DNA from: Macrostomum lignano
Taxonomy: Eukaryota
NCBI GenBank assembly: GCA_002269645.1
Contig: NIVC01001816.1
Coordinates: 1-64,000 of the forward strand
Direction: 5' to 3'
DNA length: 64,000 nt
In this document: positions 1 to 12,365 of the stretch, piece by piece
Numbering within the stretch: position 1 is the stretch's first letter
Layout: each line of letters starts with the position of its first letter
Made by a program: the position numbers and the translations under genes
The notes under the pieces: generated by a model
What the model was told of the DNA's origin: nothing
The model's input: only the letters and a program-made list of their open reading frames with translations
Databases searched by the model: none

Positions 1-213
1 TGTGTTGAAATCAACAGGCTCTTATGGATTCTTGTGCAGTCAGCTTTCATGGAGAGTAAAAAACAATTGCTTGTTTGTCTTTTCCTCACTTTTTTTCTAA
101 CCTTTATGTACATAACACTGGCCTGTTCACACGCGCTCCTTCGAATAAACTTTTTCTTGACCACATCATGGAGCTGAGATCCGCAGCTTTCATTTGAATC
201 AAGTTACAATTGA

Positions 214-522
214 AACGGACTGAAATTATGTCCGCTAGAAGGCATCGTAGCAAGGTTCGGAACTTTTGACGACAGTATAGTTATTGCTTTTGGAAGTCAA
301 GTTGATGCCATTAGGCCGAACAATGGACAATCCTCAGCTGCAGCTGCGGCCATAGACAATACAGCCTATCGAGCTGATAAAAACTCAATTAATCGGGCAT
401 CTCGCCATTCCAAGCTGCCAGTCTCCCACAGACTGCAAGTCAAGTCAAGAATCTCTTTGGTTAAAGAGAACAAGAATGGGATTTTACCATTTGATCGGCT
501 CAATTATCAACCTGCAGACTGA
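214..522 (+). CDS. Possible terminal coding exon of a gene starting upstream of the window
   Basis: Stop-free frame 214-522 (...LEGIVARFGTFDDSIVIAFGSQVDAIRPNNG...NYQPAD*) with no ATG, followed by AT-rich sequence. No family recognised. Confidence 0.2.
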   Translation, partial: NGLKLCPLEGIVARFGTFDDSIVIAFGSQVDAIRPNNGQSSAAAAAIDNTAYRADKNSINRASRHSKLPVSHRLQVKSRISLVKENKNGILPFDRLNYQPAD

Positions 523-1640
523 CACAACAATAGTTCTAGGCATATTTTATTATAGATTTAAAATTCATAAGCAAAATAGTTCGAAAGACGGTGGTGTTTT
601 ATATAAAGTTCGATTCTGACAAATTATGTTTTTCCTCCGTTTAAATATTTGTGTAGAAAAAGGTTTAAAAATATTTTACTTTATTGATGTATTAAAAATT
701 GTTGTCCACAAAAGCCACTTTATTATAAGTCTTTATAACAATTATCGATTATTACATGTATAAAATTTGCAATGTAGCCTGTGTTTCTGAATTGTACAAT
801 TTGAGTTTCTATTCAACTGAATTTTTTGTTCTCAAATTTTTGTACAATTTATTAATCCATTTTTTTATATATTGAATCTAATCGTTTTCAGTTTCAGTCT
901 TTTTGTCCCGCACGCAATCTTTATTTTTTAAGCTTTCATTCGTCCTGGTACATTTAGCAGACATACACTTATATGTGCAATATTTATTCGGAATCTTACA
1001 AGGCTATTGTTACAATATTTATCTACATTCGAAAGCATTCCAGTTAAAATTCAAACATTCCATATTTTCTATTTTTTGTGCAAGATATTTCGTATTTTAA
1101 GTGATTTATGTATGCAGGTATAATGAATGGTATATAAGTATCCTTTTATTCAATGCAATTTTAACACTTTTTCGTATTATATAGTATTAACTTGACGTAA
1201 GTACATCGATGTGAACACCTATCTGTTATAAATTTGTTTTCACAAATAAATGGAAAAACTGGTTTTGCGATGAGCGATAAAAATTCAGCTGGTTTCGTTA
1301 AAACATCGTTTATTGTGTTAAGTTTTAGATTCGCTCAAAGTAAGGTTAGTAAAATGTATAGTTTAATCGTCAAGCATTCAATACAACTCATTATATTGCA
1401 CATTGCATCAAGCCAATAGCACCATCACAGACCCAATTCACCAAATAGTACATTAAATAGACCCAATTTCACATAATACGTAGACCCAATCGCACTTCTC
1501 ATAGAACCGAACAACATCATTACTTTGTTAAAAGGTTCTTACATAAATGATTGACTCATTATTCTAATTGATCAATCAAGTAAACAAAAACAATACAACC
1601 AAACACACCCATAATTAACATTAATCCGCAGAGAAAAACA

Positions 1641-2445
1641 ATGTCGTCATCGTCATCGGCAACTTCAGTCGACGTACCAATTTACGGAGCTCTATTAACG
1701 CTTACCTTAGTAATAATTTTAGGCGTATTCGCTTGCTTAGTTATCTGTTTAGTGTTCTGCCTAGTTGGCTGCATGAGGCGACACGCTACCGGTTTGTTCT
1801 GCTGTTTAGATTCGCCTGTTACTACTAATAATAGCAATATTATTAGCAATGATAACGCGGCGACTATTGTTGAAAGCTCCGCGGATCTGTTTGGCTGCCT
1901 GCCTCGTAGGCATCCTCGTACTAATGACCGACGGCATAGTCGTTATAGAAACTGTAGTCACGGCCAGCATCAGGTGCGCGAGTCTAATCAGCAGCACGTT
2001 GTGTACTGGAGAGCGCCGTGCGGTGAAAGTTTGGTGTCCTGTCTGCCGCTGCTACTTGATAGCGACGGCAGTTCGGGACGAAACGGCGGCGGAGCTGGTA
2101 GCAGCTGTGCAGCCGATCACTTTTCCAATTGTCGAATCTGTTCGGCGTTTATTTTCGGCGTCGAGCAGCCGTCATTTCATCGGCATCAGCTGCGTCACTG
2201 CTTGCTGCAGGTGCAGCATTACCATCGGTCGTCCAACTCGACCATACATTCTTGCCTGTCCATCGTATGAGAGTTTGGGACACAATATGCCGCCACCTCC
2301 GCTGTCTCCGTCTCCACCTCCTAGCTATTCAGCAGCTGTTGGCGGTGCATCGGTGACCGTTGAAGGACCAGAAGCGTTTGTGTCTCATTCATTGGAGTCG
2401 TGCGACGATATTAGCGAAGTTGATGGGCAAGTTATGTCTGTTTGA
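1641..2445 (+). CDS. Small putative single-pass membrane protein, reading frame disrupted (indel errors or pseudogene)
   Basis: ATG 1641 gives a hydrophobic segment LLTLTLVIILGVFACLVICLVFCLVGC then RRH. Coding-like sequence continues in other frames (AAVISSASAASLLAAG from ~2160; PSYESLGH...PPPSY to stop 2445). Confidence 0.4.
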
Positions 2446-2559
2446 ACCACCTGTGGTTTGAACTCGTGTCGGCTTTTTGTTAATATTATTCTGATTGTAA
2501 AAACTTTACGGTTCTTTAATTTTATTCAAAAAGAGGTAGGTTCAAGGACTGATAGAGCG

Positions 2560-3315
2560 GAGAGGCAGAGATCAGGGACTGGGGGAGCGGAGAGCAGAGA
2601 TCAGGGACTGAGGGAGCGGAGAGGCAGAGATCAGGGACTGAGGGAGCGGAGAGGCAGAGATCAGGGACTGAGGGAGCGGAGAGATAGATTCAGGGACTGG
2701 TGGAACGGAGAGGCGGAGACCAGGAACTGAGGGAGTGGAGAGATGGATTCAGGACTGGTGGAACGGAGAGGCGGAGATCAGGGACTGGGGGAACGGAGAG
2801 GCGGAGATCAGGGACTGGGGAGCGGAGAGGCAGAGATCAGGGACTGGTGGAACGGAGAGGCGGAGATCAGCGGACTGGGGAACGGAGAGGCGGAGATCAG
2901 GGACTGAGGGAGCGGAGAGGCAGAGATCAGGGACTGGGGGAACGGAGAGGCAGAGATCAGGGACTGAGGGAGCGGAGAGGCAGAGATCAGGGACTGAGGG
3001 AGCGGAGAGGCAGAGATCAGGGACTGAGGGAGCGGAGAGGCAGAGATCAGGGACTGAGGGAGCGGAGAGGCAGAGATCAGGGACTGAGGGAACGGAGAGG
3101 CAGAGATCAGGGACTGAGGGAGCGGAGAGGCAGAGATCAGGGACTGAGGGAGCGGAGAGGCAGAGATCAGGGACTGAGGGAGCGGAGAGGCAGAGATCAG
3201 GGACTGAGGGAGCGGAGAGGCAGAGATCAGGGACTGAGGGAGCGGAGAGGCAGAGATCAGGGACTGAGGGAGCGGAGAGGCAGAGATCAGGGACTGAGGG
3301 AGCGGAGAGGCAGAT
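2560..3315. repeat. 30-bp minisatellite (agcggagaggcagagatcagggactgaggg)n
   Basis: Directly visible tandem array; explains ORFs 2700-3331. Confidence 0.97.
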
Positions 3316-4467
3316 AAAATGGGTTTTCTAGATAAAAAATGCTCCGATATATTTCTTTTTGGTTAGCTTTGTCGATTAATTATGCCGGGAAATGTGTTGT
3401 GTTTGTACACGCGCATTAGTGTATAACCGCAATATACTATACTATTGCGTTTTTGTTCATAGATAGCGCATAGTTTACAACTCTGACGTGTATAATTGTA
3501 TGTTATTTATAAATCTTAAGCTTTTTATGCAGCAGAAAACTCATTTAATGCGCGATTTGCGACTCTTAGAGCCGAAGCAATACATTAAATTAACGTTGTT
3601 GATCTGCTTTATTTATTCTCGAGTCCGCCTCTCTCTCTCTCCGCTCCCCCCAGAGGGACTGGGGAGCGGAGAGGCAGAGATCAGGGACTGGTGGAACGGA
3701 GAGGCGGAGATAGGGACTGGGGGAACGGAGAGGCGGAGATCAGGGACTGAGGGAGCGGAGAGGCAGAGATCAGGGACTGGGGGAACGGAGAGGCAGAGAT
3801 CAGGGACTGAGGGAGCGGAGAGGCAGAGATCAGGGACTGAGGGAGCGGAGAGGCAGAGATCAGGGACTGAGGGAGCGGAGAGGCAGAGATCAGGGACTGA
3901 GGGAGCGGAGAGGCAGAGATCAGGGACTGAGGAACGGAGAGGCAGAGATCAGGGACTGAGGGAGCGGAGAGGCAGAGATCAGGGACTGAGGGAGCGGAGA
4001 GGCAGAGATCAGGGACTGAGGGAGCGGAGAGGCAGAGATCAGGGACTGAGGGAGCGGAGAGGCAGAGATCAGGGACTGAGGGAGCGGAGAGGCAGAGATC
4101 AGGGACTGAGGGAGCGGAGAGGCAGAGATCAGGGACTGAGGGAGCGGAGAGGCAGATAAAATGGGTTTTCTAGATAAAAAATGCTCCGATATATTTCTTT
4201 TTGGTTAGCTTTGTCGATTAATTATGCCGGGAAATGTGTTGTGTTTGTACACGCGCATTAGTGTATAACCGCAATATACTATACTATTGCGTTTCTTGTT
4301 CATAGATAGCGCATAGTTTACAACTCTGACGTGTATAATTGTATGTTATTTATAAATCTTAAGCTTTTTATGCAGCAGAAAACTCATTTAATGCGCGATT
4401 TGCGACTCTTAGAGCGAAGCATACATTAAATTAACGTTGTTGATCTGCTTTATTTATTCTCGAGTCC
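3316..4467. repeat. Direct duplication of ~310 bp unique sequence (3316-3625 and 4157-4467)
   Basis: Both copies start ataaaatgggttttctagat and end ttattctcgagtccg, differing by a few indels and substitutions. Confidence 0.95.
3650..4155. repeat. Second block of the same 30-bp minisatellite
   Basis: Same unit; followed by a second copy of the unique flank. Confidence 0.97.
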
Positions 4468-6309
4468 GATTCAAAAATTCGTTCGTTTTCCCTTCAAATT
4501 TTATCACAGAATCTCAATAAATTTAATTCAATTTTTTGTATTGTACAGTGCATATTTCAATGAAATAAATTCATACAGTGAAAAACTTTGTTTAGCGTCT
4601 GGATTTTCGGTGAGCGCAACGTTACTTGCAATATCAGCTTTTTGCCTGCAATAGAGCTTTATATGGATTGTCTTTTTCTCACTTTTTCAACATTCTGCAT
4701 AGCTAGGTGTAATTAAACTGTTGTAATTTCAGCTATATATACCTTTTCCTGCATCATTTTTCTGCGTTTTCTTTCTCTTTTGTTGTAATGCGATGAAGTG
4801 CAGTTTAAAATAGTTCGTTTTTCGTAGACCAAGTTTCTATTGTTGTCCACAAACACGAAGTCCATATTTGTTAGTTGATGTAGCTTTGAACTTTTTCATT
4901 TTTATTTGAAGCATTTTGCAGCTTTTTTAAAACATAGCTTTACACACTGTTTTCACGTATGTGGATTTGGAATGCAACATGGTTGAGTTGAGATTTGAGA
5001 ACCATCACTGTGATCTTAAACACACGATTTAAGACTGCGAAGAATAAATCTGCTAGTTGTAACAGCTACCGAAGAATCGCTTTGTATTTTACTAATAATA
5101 ATTGACCACAATACCAGTACAGTACTTTAGTTACTAGGTAGCTGGCTTAGTTAATACTTAGGGCCCTACTGGCTGGGTGGTAGGACAATTGGAGTGGGGT
5201 TGTGCGGCCAGTCTGAAAAATCGATAAACCTCACCCAACCCACCAAGTCGCTCTGGTTGGCTAATCAAGTTGGGGCTAGCGGGGGGGGGTAAGGATAGGG
5301 TGTGGCTGTCTGGCCAGCCAGAAAAATCAATAAACGATAACCATCACCAAACCCCACTCACTCACTGAAGCTGACCAACAGCAATTAAGTGGCCTGTCGG
5401 ATATGGGTTGACTGGTTTACTGAAATAAACAGCCTAGTGTGTAATAGAAAGTATTCTTAGTATAAATCTACTATCTTATATACATATCTTCTACAGGCGT
5501 CAGCTCCTGAATGGGGTTCTGGTTAGGAAAAAACGAAAGCTGAGGGGTTTAGTAGAGTTTAACTTAAGCGTAAAAAAGTAGTTAAACTTCGTTATCCGTT
5601 TTTAATTTTTGTGACTACCGTTTATCGTATATTTTATTTCGCGTTTTTATCGAATTCAAAGTACAAAGAAAATCAAGCAACTATAGTATTCCTGTCAATA
5701 ACGCATGAACTGTTGCGTTGCAAAAAGTTGTAGATTGCAGCGACTTGACGTTTCGAAACTGCGTTTATTTATCGATATGTGCAATTTTTTAATGCCGAGC
5801 GCAATATTGGAGCAAGTATTTTATTATCGTTAAGAGTACATATATAAAATAATGAATGCTGCTTAATGTTTATTGTAGAAATCTAATATACACTGTTGTA
5901 AAGCTACTTATCATCGCCATGTTTTCTCTAAACATAAATGTATGCTATTGTTTCTTTGCATTATTCTTGCTTTTTAGGCTGCAGCTAGGAATATTAAATC
6001 GTATTCTATAGATTTTAAAAAACTAGATGCTTCTACTTAGCTTGTGCAAGTACAAGTACACCTTTGTAGTCACAAAATAAAACAAACAATAATCAGATTT
6101 TTAATCCTGTAAATTATTCATAGGGCCAAATAAAACAGACAGCATAGCCTACTGCATTATACAGCTGCACTTGCATTTGAAGTATACTTAAATTCCTTTA
6201 TTCGTACTTTCCACCGTCCATATTTGACTCCAGGTTTTCCAAGTTCCAAGGCAAACACTTGCATGTCAAGCAGTCACGCTTTAAAACTTTCTGGTGGGCT
6301 TCTAAATGA

Positions 6310-7297
6310 CTGGCTATCATCAGACGCTCGCGGCTCTGTTTCGTTAATGGCTCCTCCGATCACGTGACCGCCTTTTTAGCCGAGCTCTGCGCTCATTGGC
6401 TGCCACCTCGGTTAATCTCAGCCAATCAACAGCGCTCTTCGGCCACTGTTTCGTCCCGTGTACATTGGGTGGCCACTTTAACTAGTGAGGAAGCTGCGCG
6501 TTCTGCTCTGCAAAAATTTGGCGCCAGACGCGACGCGTCTACTTATAGCAGCGTACATGAAATTTTACTAGCTAACGATGGCGATGAAAGAAGCTCGTTG
6601 GATCGACTTCTGGAACACCTAGCTCAGCAGTATGAAACACTGACTGCAGTCGAAGGCGGCAGACCTATTCTAGTCTTGGAAGATATTAGTCCTCTGGTAG
6701 GTCTGTTTAACTACTCTCTATCATTTGTCCCTAGTTAGTTGCATCTGATCAAATGGACTTTACTCATAAAGATCCCCAATTTATCCATTCTCGTGATCAG
6801 ATGCTCTTCATTCTACTCTTAGTCACTGTTGCAATCCATCATTATGATTTTACTCGTCCATTTCTTTAACGCCTTAATCCGCAATAATACCTGTGTGTTA
6901 ATTCAGCATCAATCTATTGCAGGTGTACCTTGGCCACAGTCCGTCCGAAGTAACTCACGCCATTCTGCGCCTGTGCCAGCGAACTCGCATCGGTCGCTCG
7001 GACAGTGCCGGTCTCTTTGTTATTGGCTGCCACTCGGCCTCTTCTGATGTTCAACTAAGAACATTATCGGCCGCTCTAATGTCCCTGGCAGTTTTTGTAA
7101 TCAATGCGGAGCCTCTAGAGACTGGCTACCTGCCCGAGGTTGACGGTCGGGTGACTTTAACTGCGCCAGCTTTGATTTCAAACAACGGCGAGTCTAGTTG
7201 CCATGGCAACTGGCGCTCGGCCGCTTATCACTATTTAGTGTCGGATCGGCAGGTGAAATGCTTTCCTATTGGTTTATCGGACTTTGCTGCTGGTTGA
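6310..7297 (+). CDS. ELP6: Elongator complex protein 6 homolog; exons ~6310-6696 and 6923-7297, true start uncertain
   Basis: Intron gtaggt(6697)...ttgcag(6922) joins LVLEDISPL|VYLGHS. C-terminal EPLETGYLPEVDG and YHYLVSDRQVKCF resemble ELP6 family motifs. Confidence 0.72.
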
Positions 7298-7917
7298 ATT
7301 GGTTTGTTGATCGGGCCTTTTGGCCTAAACTGGTCGTCATGTTTATTTTGGTTGCCTTCGCTTTCTCTTGTTTTTTATATTGTTCTTTTCACTGTTAATT
7401 GTGTTAAAGCTTTTTGATATATTAAAATCATCAGCTTGTTGTCAATTGCTTGAAGTATAAAAAAGCATTTCTACATGTATATTCCAGACTTTGTCAATCA
7501 AGTTGACAGAAAATGTGTTTATCAAACTGGGCTTGCTGCATTCTGGTTCGCTTGCGCAGTGCATGCATGATTGTGTACACGTATATTTTGTTATGTTCTC
7601 ATGAGAAGGCACTTAAATACATTAACAAACCAAGCTATAAATGTTTTGTCCTTTGCTTTTTTAATCGAGTATACAGATTCGGTAGGTATTTTATCTATAG
7701 GTTTTTCTTGCCAAGTTAAAAAAAAGTTTTTAGATGGATTTATTAAAAAAACTTTTCTTTCCCTATTCGCATTTTAATATTTCCTGCTTTATTTTAGAGT
7801 TATAATCGATTATAGAAACAAATGCAACTTAATAAACATATCTCATTTTTCACTAGGGTTAGTTATGCTAATACTAAAGTACATATTGTCTATTGAGAAT
7901 TCAATTAGTGTTTATTA

Positions 7918-10099
7918 TCAGCAATTTTGCGTCGGCTGATCCACGTCGACACCATTCGATATTTCCGATAGGAGAAGCTCTGGCGCTGCACTTTCAGCTT
8001 CTCCATAGGGCCCGCTCACTGCATCGGGCTCTTGTCGCTTCACTAACTGTAAAGTCTTGCCTCGTCTAGCAGCCGATGTCAAATTGATAAGGAATTCGCA
8101 CACCTCAATGACGCCAAGGAAACTCATGCCCAACCATAGTCCGATGATGCCACCTAGTTCTCCGAGCGCCTCCCAGATGCTGTATGCCGGTTCCTCTCTG
8201 TGCACATTGACTAGCACCTCGACTGGGTGTAGTTGCAGTTTAACAAAATTTTCTTTTACTAACTCCACTTGAGCTGTCCACTGGCCGTTCGAATCGAAGT
8301 CGAATAGATCGTGCGCTAATGGTCGATACTCAACTTTAGTTTTATTGCCGTCGCTAAGATTGTTCTTCGGTATGAGCAGTGCTGGAAGAATATCCTCCTC
8401 GATAATTTCTTGGATATCCGAATATCTTGGCCAGCTAGCTGTGCTATGAACAGATTTGTACTCGTTTTTCTGGCAGGCATAGAGCGCCTTTTCGCCGCCG
8501 TCAGTGCACTGTTGGATACTGTTGTAGTGCGGATCGCTGAACCTGTCCAATAGGCTATCATGACAGTTGACTCTTCGTAAATAGCGCTCCACCAGGCGAC
8601 TATTGGCGTGGCTAGATTGGATCGCTGTTTTACTGATATTAACTAGTTTGGCAGGATCCCCTTTCACCGATTTGACAATCTGGTTGACATCTAGCCCAAG
8701 ATCTAGTAACAAGCTAGTGCTGTTGTAGCACCAGCCTACTTGATCGCCACGATCAATGCTGTTAAACATTTTGTGATCTCGCTGCAGCGGTACTCGGTGG
8801 CTAGTGCAGCCGCACTCCTTGTATAGGTCTCGCTGTTGAAATTCGTAAATGCAGTCGCCAGGTTCGGCGTTGAATTCGCGAAACACAGGCCAACCAGATT
8901 CGTCTAAACTGGTTAGAAACCACACTTTTGGTTCAGTGTCAACACAGGGTGAGGATCCCTTGTTTAGTTTTCGTTCTTGTATCATACCTGTTGGTAGGTA
9001 AGTATAGTTTTTAAAGTAATGTTAATAGTTTCTCCCAGCTCACTTGTATCAAATTTCTAAGCGTGATTTAAAGACTAGCTTTTGTAAGTTTTATCAAATC
9101 GTAATCAAAGACTCCCTCGATAACATCTCGACGCGGGATCCTTTTCAGATCTAATTGTGTAATAAGAGCAAAGCAGTTAATTTTTTACCTACCTAATTCG
9201 ATCTCGCTAAACTGTCCGGCTCCCACAATCGAGCCAGCTGCTCTAAGAGCTGGGAATGCGTCTTTTTCGTGGAAGACAATTTTCACGCCTGCCGGTTCGT
9301 ACTCCGGTAGAAGAATTCGAGCAAACCAATCGTTGCCAGTTTCCCTTTTTTGACTAGTTGGTCGACTGCGGCTAGTTATGGTAGCGTTTTTGCCTGGAAA
9401 GATATTGTTCTTTTGGGCATTTCCTATGTACAGAAGCAGCAACAGGCCGTCTTCTGGTCTAGTAGTCTTTAAGTTTCGTTCCGGCGGTTGGAAGGTATAA
9501 CAGTTCAGATAATACGGATTCTGTAGTAAGGTGAACTGTAATCTGCAATCTGACTTGTGAAAGCTACATTTGATAACCAGCTCATCGAGGGCGAAACCTT
9601 TGTGCTTTGTTGGCATAGATGCATACTGGTGCTGTATTAGTCTTTTATGTAATAGAATTTCCTCTTTGTAGGGAAGCAAATGTACGGAATCGTATGTTTG
9701 ATTGTAAACCGGATACAAAAGAAGATCCATCGCTGTAAAGCCGTTTTGTATGTTTGGAAATTTTTCCGTTCCTCGTTCGTAGAATCGACTTGTTGTAGGC
9801 GTTTGCGAGCAGATTGTGACGTCGGGAAATTCGAATTCAGAACCTTCATGATCCAACGTGATAATGGTTGGCGATTCCAGAAATTGCATCGCATGAAATG
9901 TCAGATGCACTATAGTAGCAACGAGGCCAAGCACGAATACTGTTAGCCAAAAGATTTTCCGTTTTGATGTTTTCGATTGGTACATATGAGACAGGCCGTG
10001 TATAGTTGTGCGCTGACAGAATCCAGACACTTGGCAATAGAGATCGTTGCCTTTACCTAGACTATTCGCTTTGATTTGCTTACTGTCGTTGTTATTCAT
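7918..10099 (-). CDS. DEG/ENaC (ASIC/FaNaC-like) channel subunit 1; exons 10099-9193 and 8987-7918, 658 aa
   Basis: Pre-TM1 TTIHG motif, TM1, FPDVTICS, NPYYLNCYTF, Cys-rich thumb, TM2 GELGGIIGLWLGMS. Phase-1 intron; spliced length 1977 nt is divisible by 3. Confidence 0.93.
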
Positions 10100-11171
10100 G
10101 ATTAAGTCAGTGATGTTGCTGAATATCAGTTAGAGGTTTGCTTCTTGAGCTTCAGTATGATCTTGGGCTAATGAAAATTGCAGTCTCTTAATGCTGAACC
10201 AGTGCAACCACATTGAGCACATATTTCTATTCTAATATCTATCTCATTTTTTCTTTCATTGTTGGGTGCAGTAGGGTTTTCTACGGGGTTCTATTGGCTG
10301 GCGTAAAGATCGGCTGTGCGAGTCTAATGCTCACCTCTTGTGTGCCCTAGCATGTCTCTCTTATTTCCCTTTGCAGCAGCCATTGTTAGAAGCTCATGTT
10401 TTTGTTGCATTAGCATTTTGCTTCTCGAACACCGTCCATTTCAGCCCCACTTAGTTGAAAAGCATCTACTTAGTAATACTTCTATGTAATTGGCAGATTG
10501 TTTTCGTACATTGAGAACCTACGCTCGTATTTGGTCCGAAATATTCCGGGGTGAGACAGTCAATTGTACTCTCAAAACCGTCTGCATTTTCAAGCTGTCT
10601 GCCACTTCTCTCAAGTTGGTTATTCCCACACCTGAAAGTGTGCACGAATTACGGCAGCATCTTGAAACTCTTAAACCCTAGTTTTTTTACAATCGTAGGG
10701 AGGTAGAGACCCCCCCCATTGTACGCATAGCTTCTTTTCTTCGATTCAGTCTATACAAGCCTTAGTCAGCTTAGACAAGTGGTTTTTTTTCTTTCCTTGC
10801 TCGCCCGTGGGCTTTCTCAGAGAGTCCCAGACAAGTTTTAGCTAGCTTTTCGAGTCAGAAACTTCAAGCGTTCTTGCTTTTTTGCTTGCTTTCTGTAGCT
10901 GTTTTATTTCTCTCACGAGCTCTTTAAAGTACTCAGCTTCTTTAGTGGCATAATAAGTGGTTCAATTTGACAGTAAATTGTCTTAATTGCCATTTTATCA
11001 GTTTTTAAGTGTAATTATTTGAGCTTGATGAGATAATTTTTAACTTAAACTGCGCTTTGCGTGCAGTAGCCTAAACTCTTACTGGTAAAAACGTTATATA
11101 GCTTTATTAGAAATGGTAGCACATTTCTCGCATATAATGGACTGGCATTTGAAAAAATCAAATGTTATTGC

Positions 11172-11924
11172 ATGAATCGATTTAGGCAGCAAAGATACCA
11201 TGGCAACAATTGCCATCCAGCAGCAGCAGCTGCCGCTAACCCTGCTGCAGATGTAGGAGTAACCGAAGCAGGCGGCAATACTTCTCTAACTGGGCCAATC
11301 AATAACGGCTATAATAATTATCGAGGTGGCGGAGGAAGAGGCAGAGGCAGGGGAGGCGGAAGAGGCGGCTTCTCTGGCTATCGTGGTCGCGGAGGCGGCC
11401 GCGGTCGTGGTCGTGGCAGCGGTAGCGCCAGCGGAAGTTTCCTACGCCCGCGGCCTTTGCCTAAGCTTGATCGTCTTCGCTGCTCAGTATGCGAATCACC
11501 GGCGCCGAAGTACCGCTGCCCTGGCTGCCAGCTGGCTCGCTATTGTTCGACAGCTTGTTGCGCCCGTCATCGCGCCAGCTGCAATGCCAAAGAGGAGCGA
11601 GAGACTCGCGAATTTCTAGCCGAAAGAAGGCGACGTCAGCTAGCAGAAGAGCAGAAGAAGCAGCCGCCGCCCGCGCCTTGCGCCGAGCTGCTAGATCTCG
11701 GTCTGGACAGCGAAGATTATTTGGCAGCTGAAAATTTAGCCCGACTGCGGCAGTGCCCGCAGCTCATTAAGCTGCTAGGCAATCCGGAGCTGCGAGAGCT
11801 GCTCGTCCGACTTAACGGCAGTCGGAGACCGGAAGCTGACCTGGAGCGGGCGATGCAGCTGCCTCTGTTTGTAGACTTTGCCAACGTTTGCTTGGGAGTT
11901 ATTGAACCTGCGGATACTGATTGA
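11172..11924 (+). CDS. ZNHIT3: Zinc finger HIT domain protein 3 (Hit1) with RGG-rich N-terminal extension, intronless
   Basis: CSVC...KYRCPGC...YCSTACCARH zf-HIT, then C-terminal LENLARL...LLGNPELRELL...AMQLPLFVDFANVCL typical of ZNHIT3/Hit1. Confidence 0.85.
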   Translation: MNRFRQQRYHGNNCHPAAAAAANPAADVGVTEAGGNTSLTGPINNGYNNYRGGGGRGRGRGGGRGGFSGYRGRGGGRGRGRGSGSASGSFLRPRPLPKLDRLRCSVCESPAPKYRCPGCQLARYCSTACCARHRASCNAKEERETREFLAERRRRQLAEEQKKQPPPAPCAELLDLGLDSEDYLAAENLARLRQCPQLIKLLGNPELRELLVRLNGSRRPEADLERAMQLPLFVDFANVCLGVIEPADTD

Positions 11925-12065
11925 CGTGAGCAAATTGAAAAGGCTTACAATGCCTGTAGGTCATTTTAAATTTCTACATGTGCTTGGGACTTCTAGCTAT
12001 CCATTAAGCTGTCATCCCCCTGTCTAATCGCTCGGATAAACTAATAGGCTTATAAGATCTTAAAT

Positions 12066-12365
12066 GGGGTTGTAGCTTAGTGGTTAGAGCGTCCGACTCG
12101 CAGCTTAAGGTCGGGAGTTCGATTCCGGATCCCACTGGAACAATTTGTGTCCTTGAGCAAGACACTTAACTCTGCATTGCTTCAGTTTCCCCAGCTGTAA
12201 AACGGGTACCAGAATTAGCTGGGGTAATTCAGGGTGTGTGTGGTGACCTCCAGTCCTTGAACTGAACAGCCGTACGTAGTCTTCAGGTGCGCCGCGCATT
12301 AGCTGCCGCTAAGCTGTCGGTTGCACATCTGGCCCAATTGGGGCAGGAGTAATCAATCAACTAAT
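12066..12365 (+). mobile_element. tRNA-derived SINE with CORE (MIR-like) domain
   Basis: Pol III A box tagcttagtgg and B box gttcgattcc, then tgtgtccttgagcaagacacttaactctgc...cagtttccccagctgtaaaacggg, matching the recalled CORE consensus. Confidence 0.8.

Noticed and set aside
10490-10681. Possible retrotransposon remnant between channel 1 and ZNHIT3
   Set aside because: Only a vague GITNL-like match; no recognisable domain.
12066-12140. tRNA genes at 12066 and ~62890-62958
   Set aside because: A and B boxes are present but they run into SINE bodies and no convincing acceptor stem is seen.
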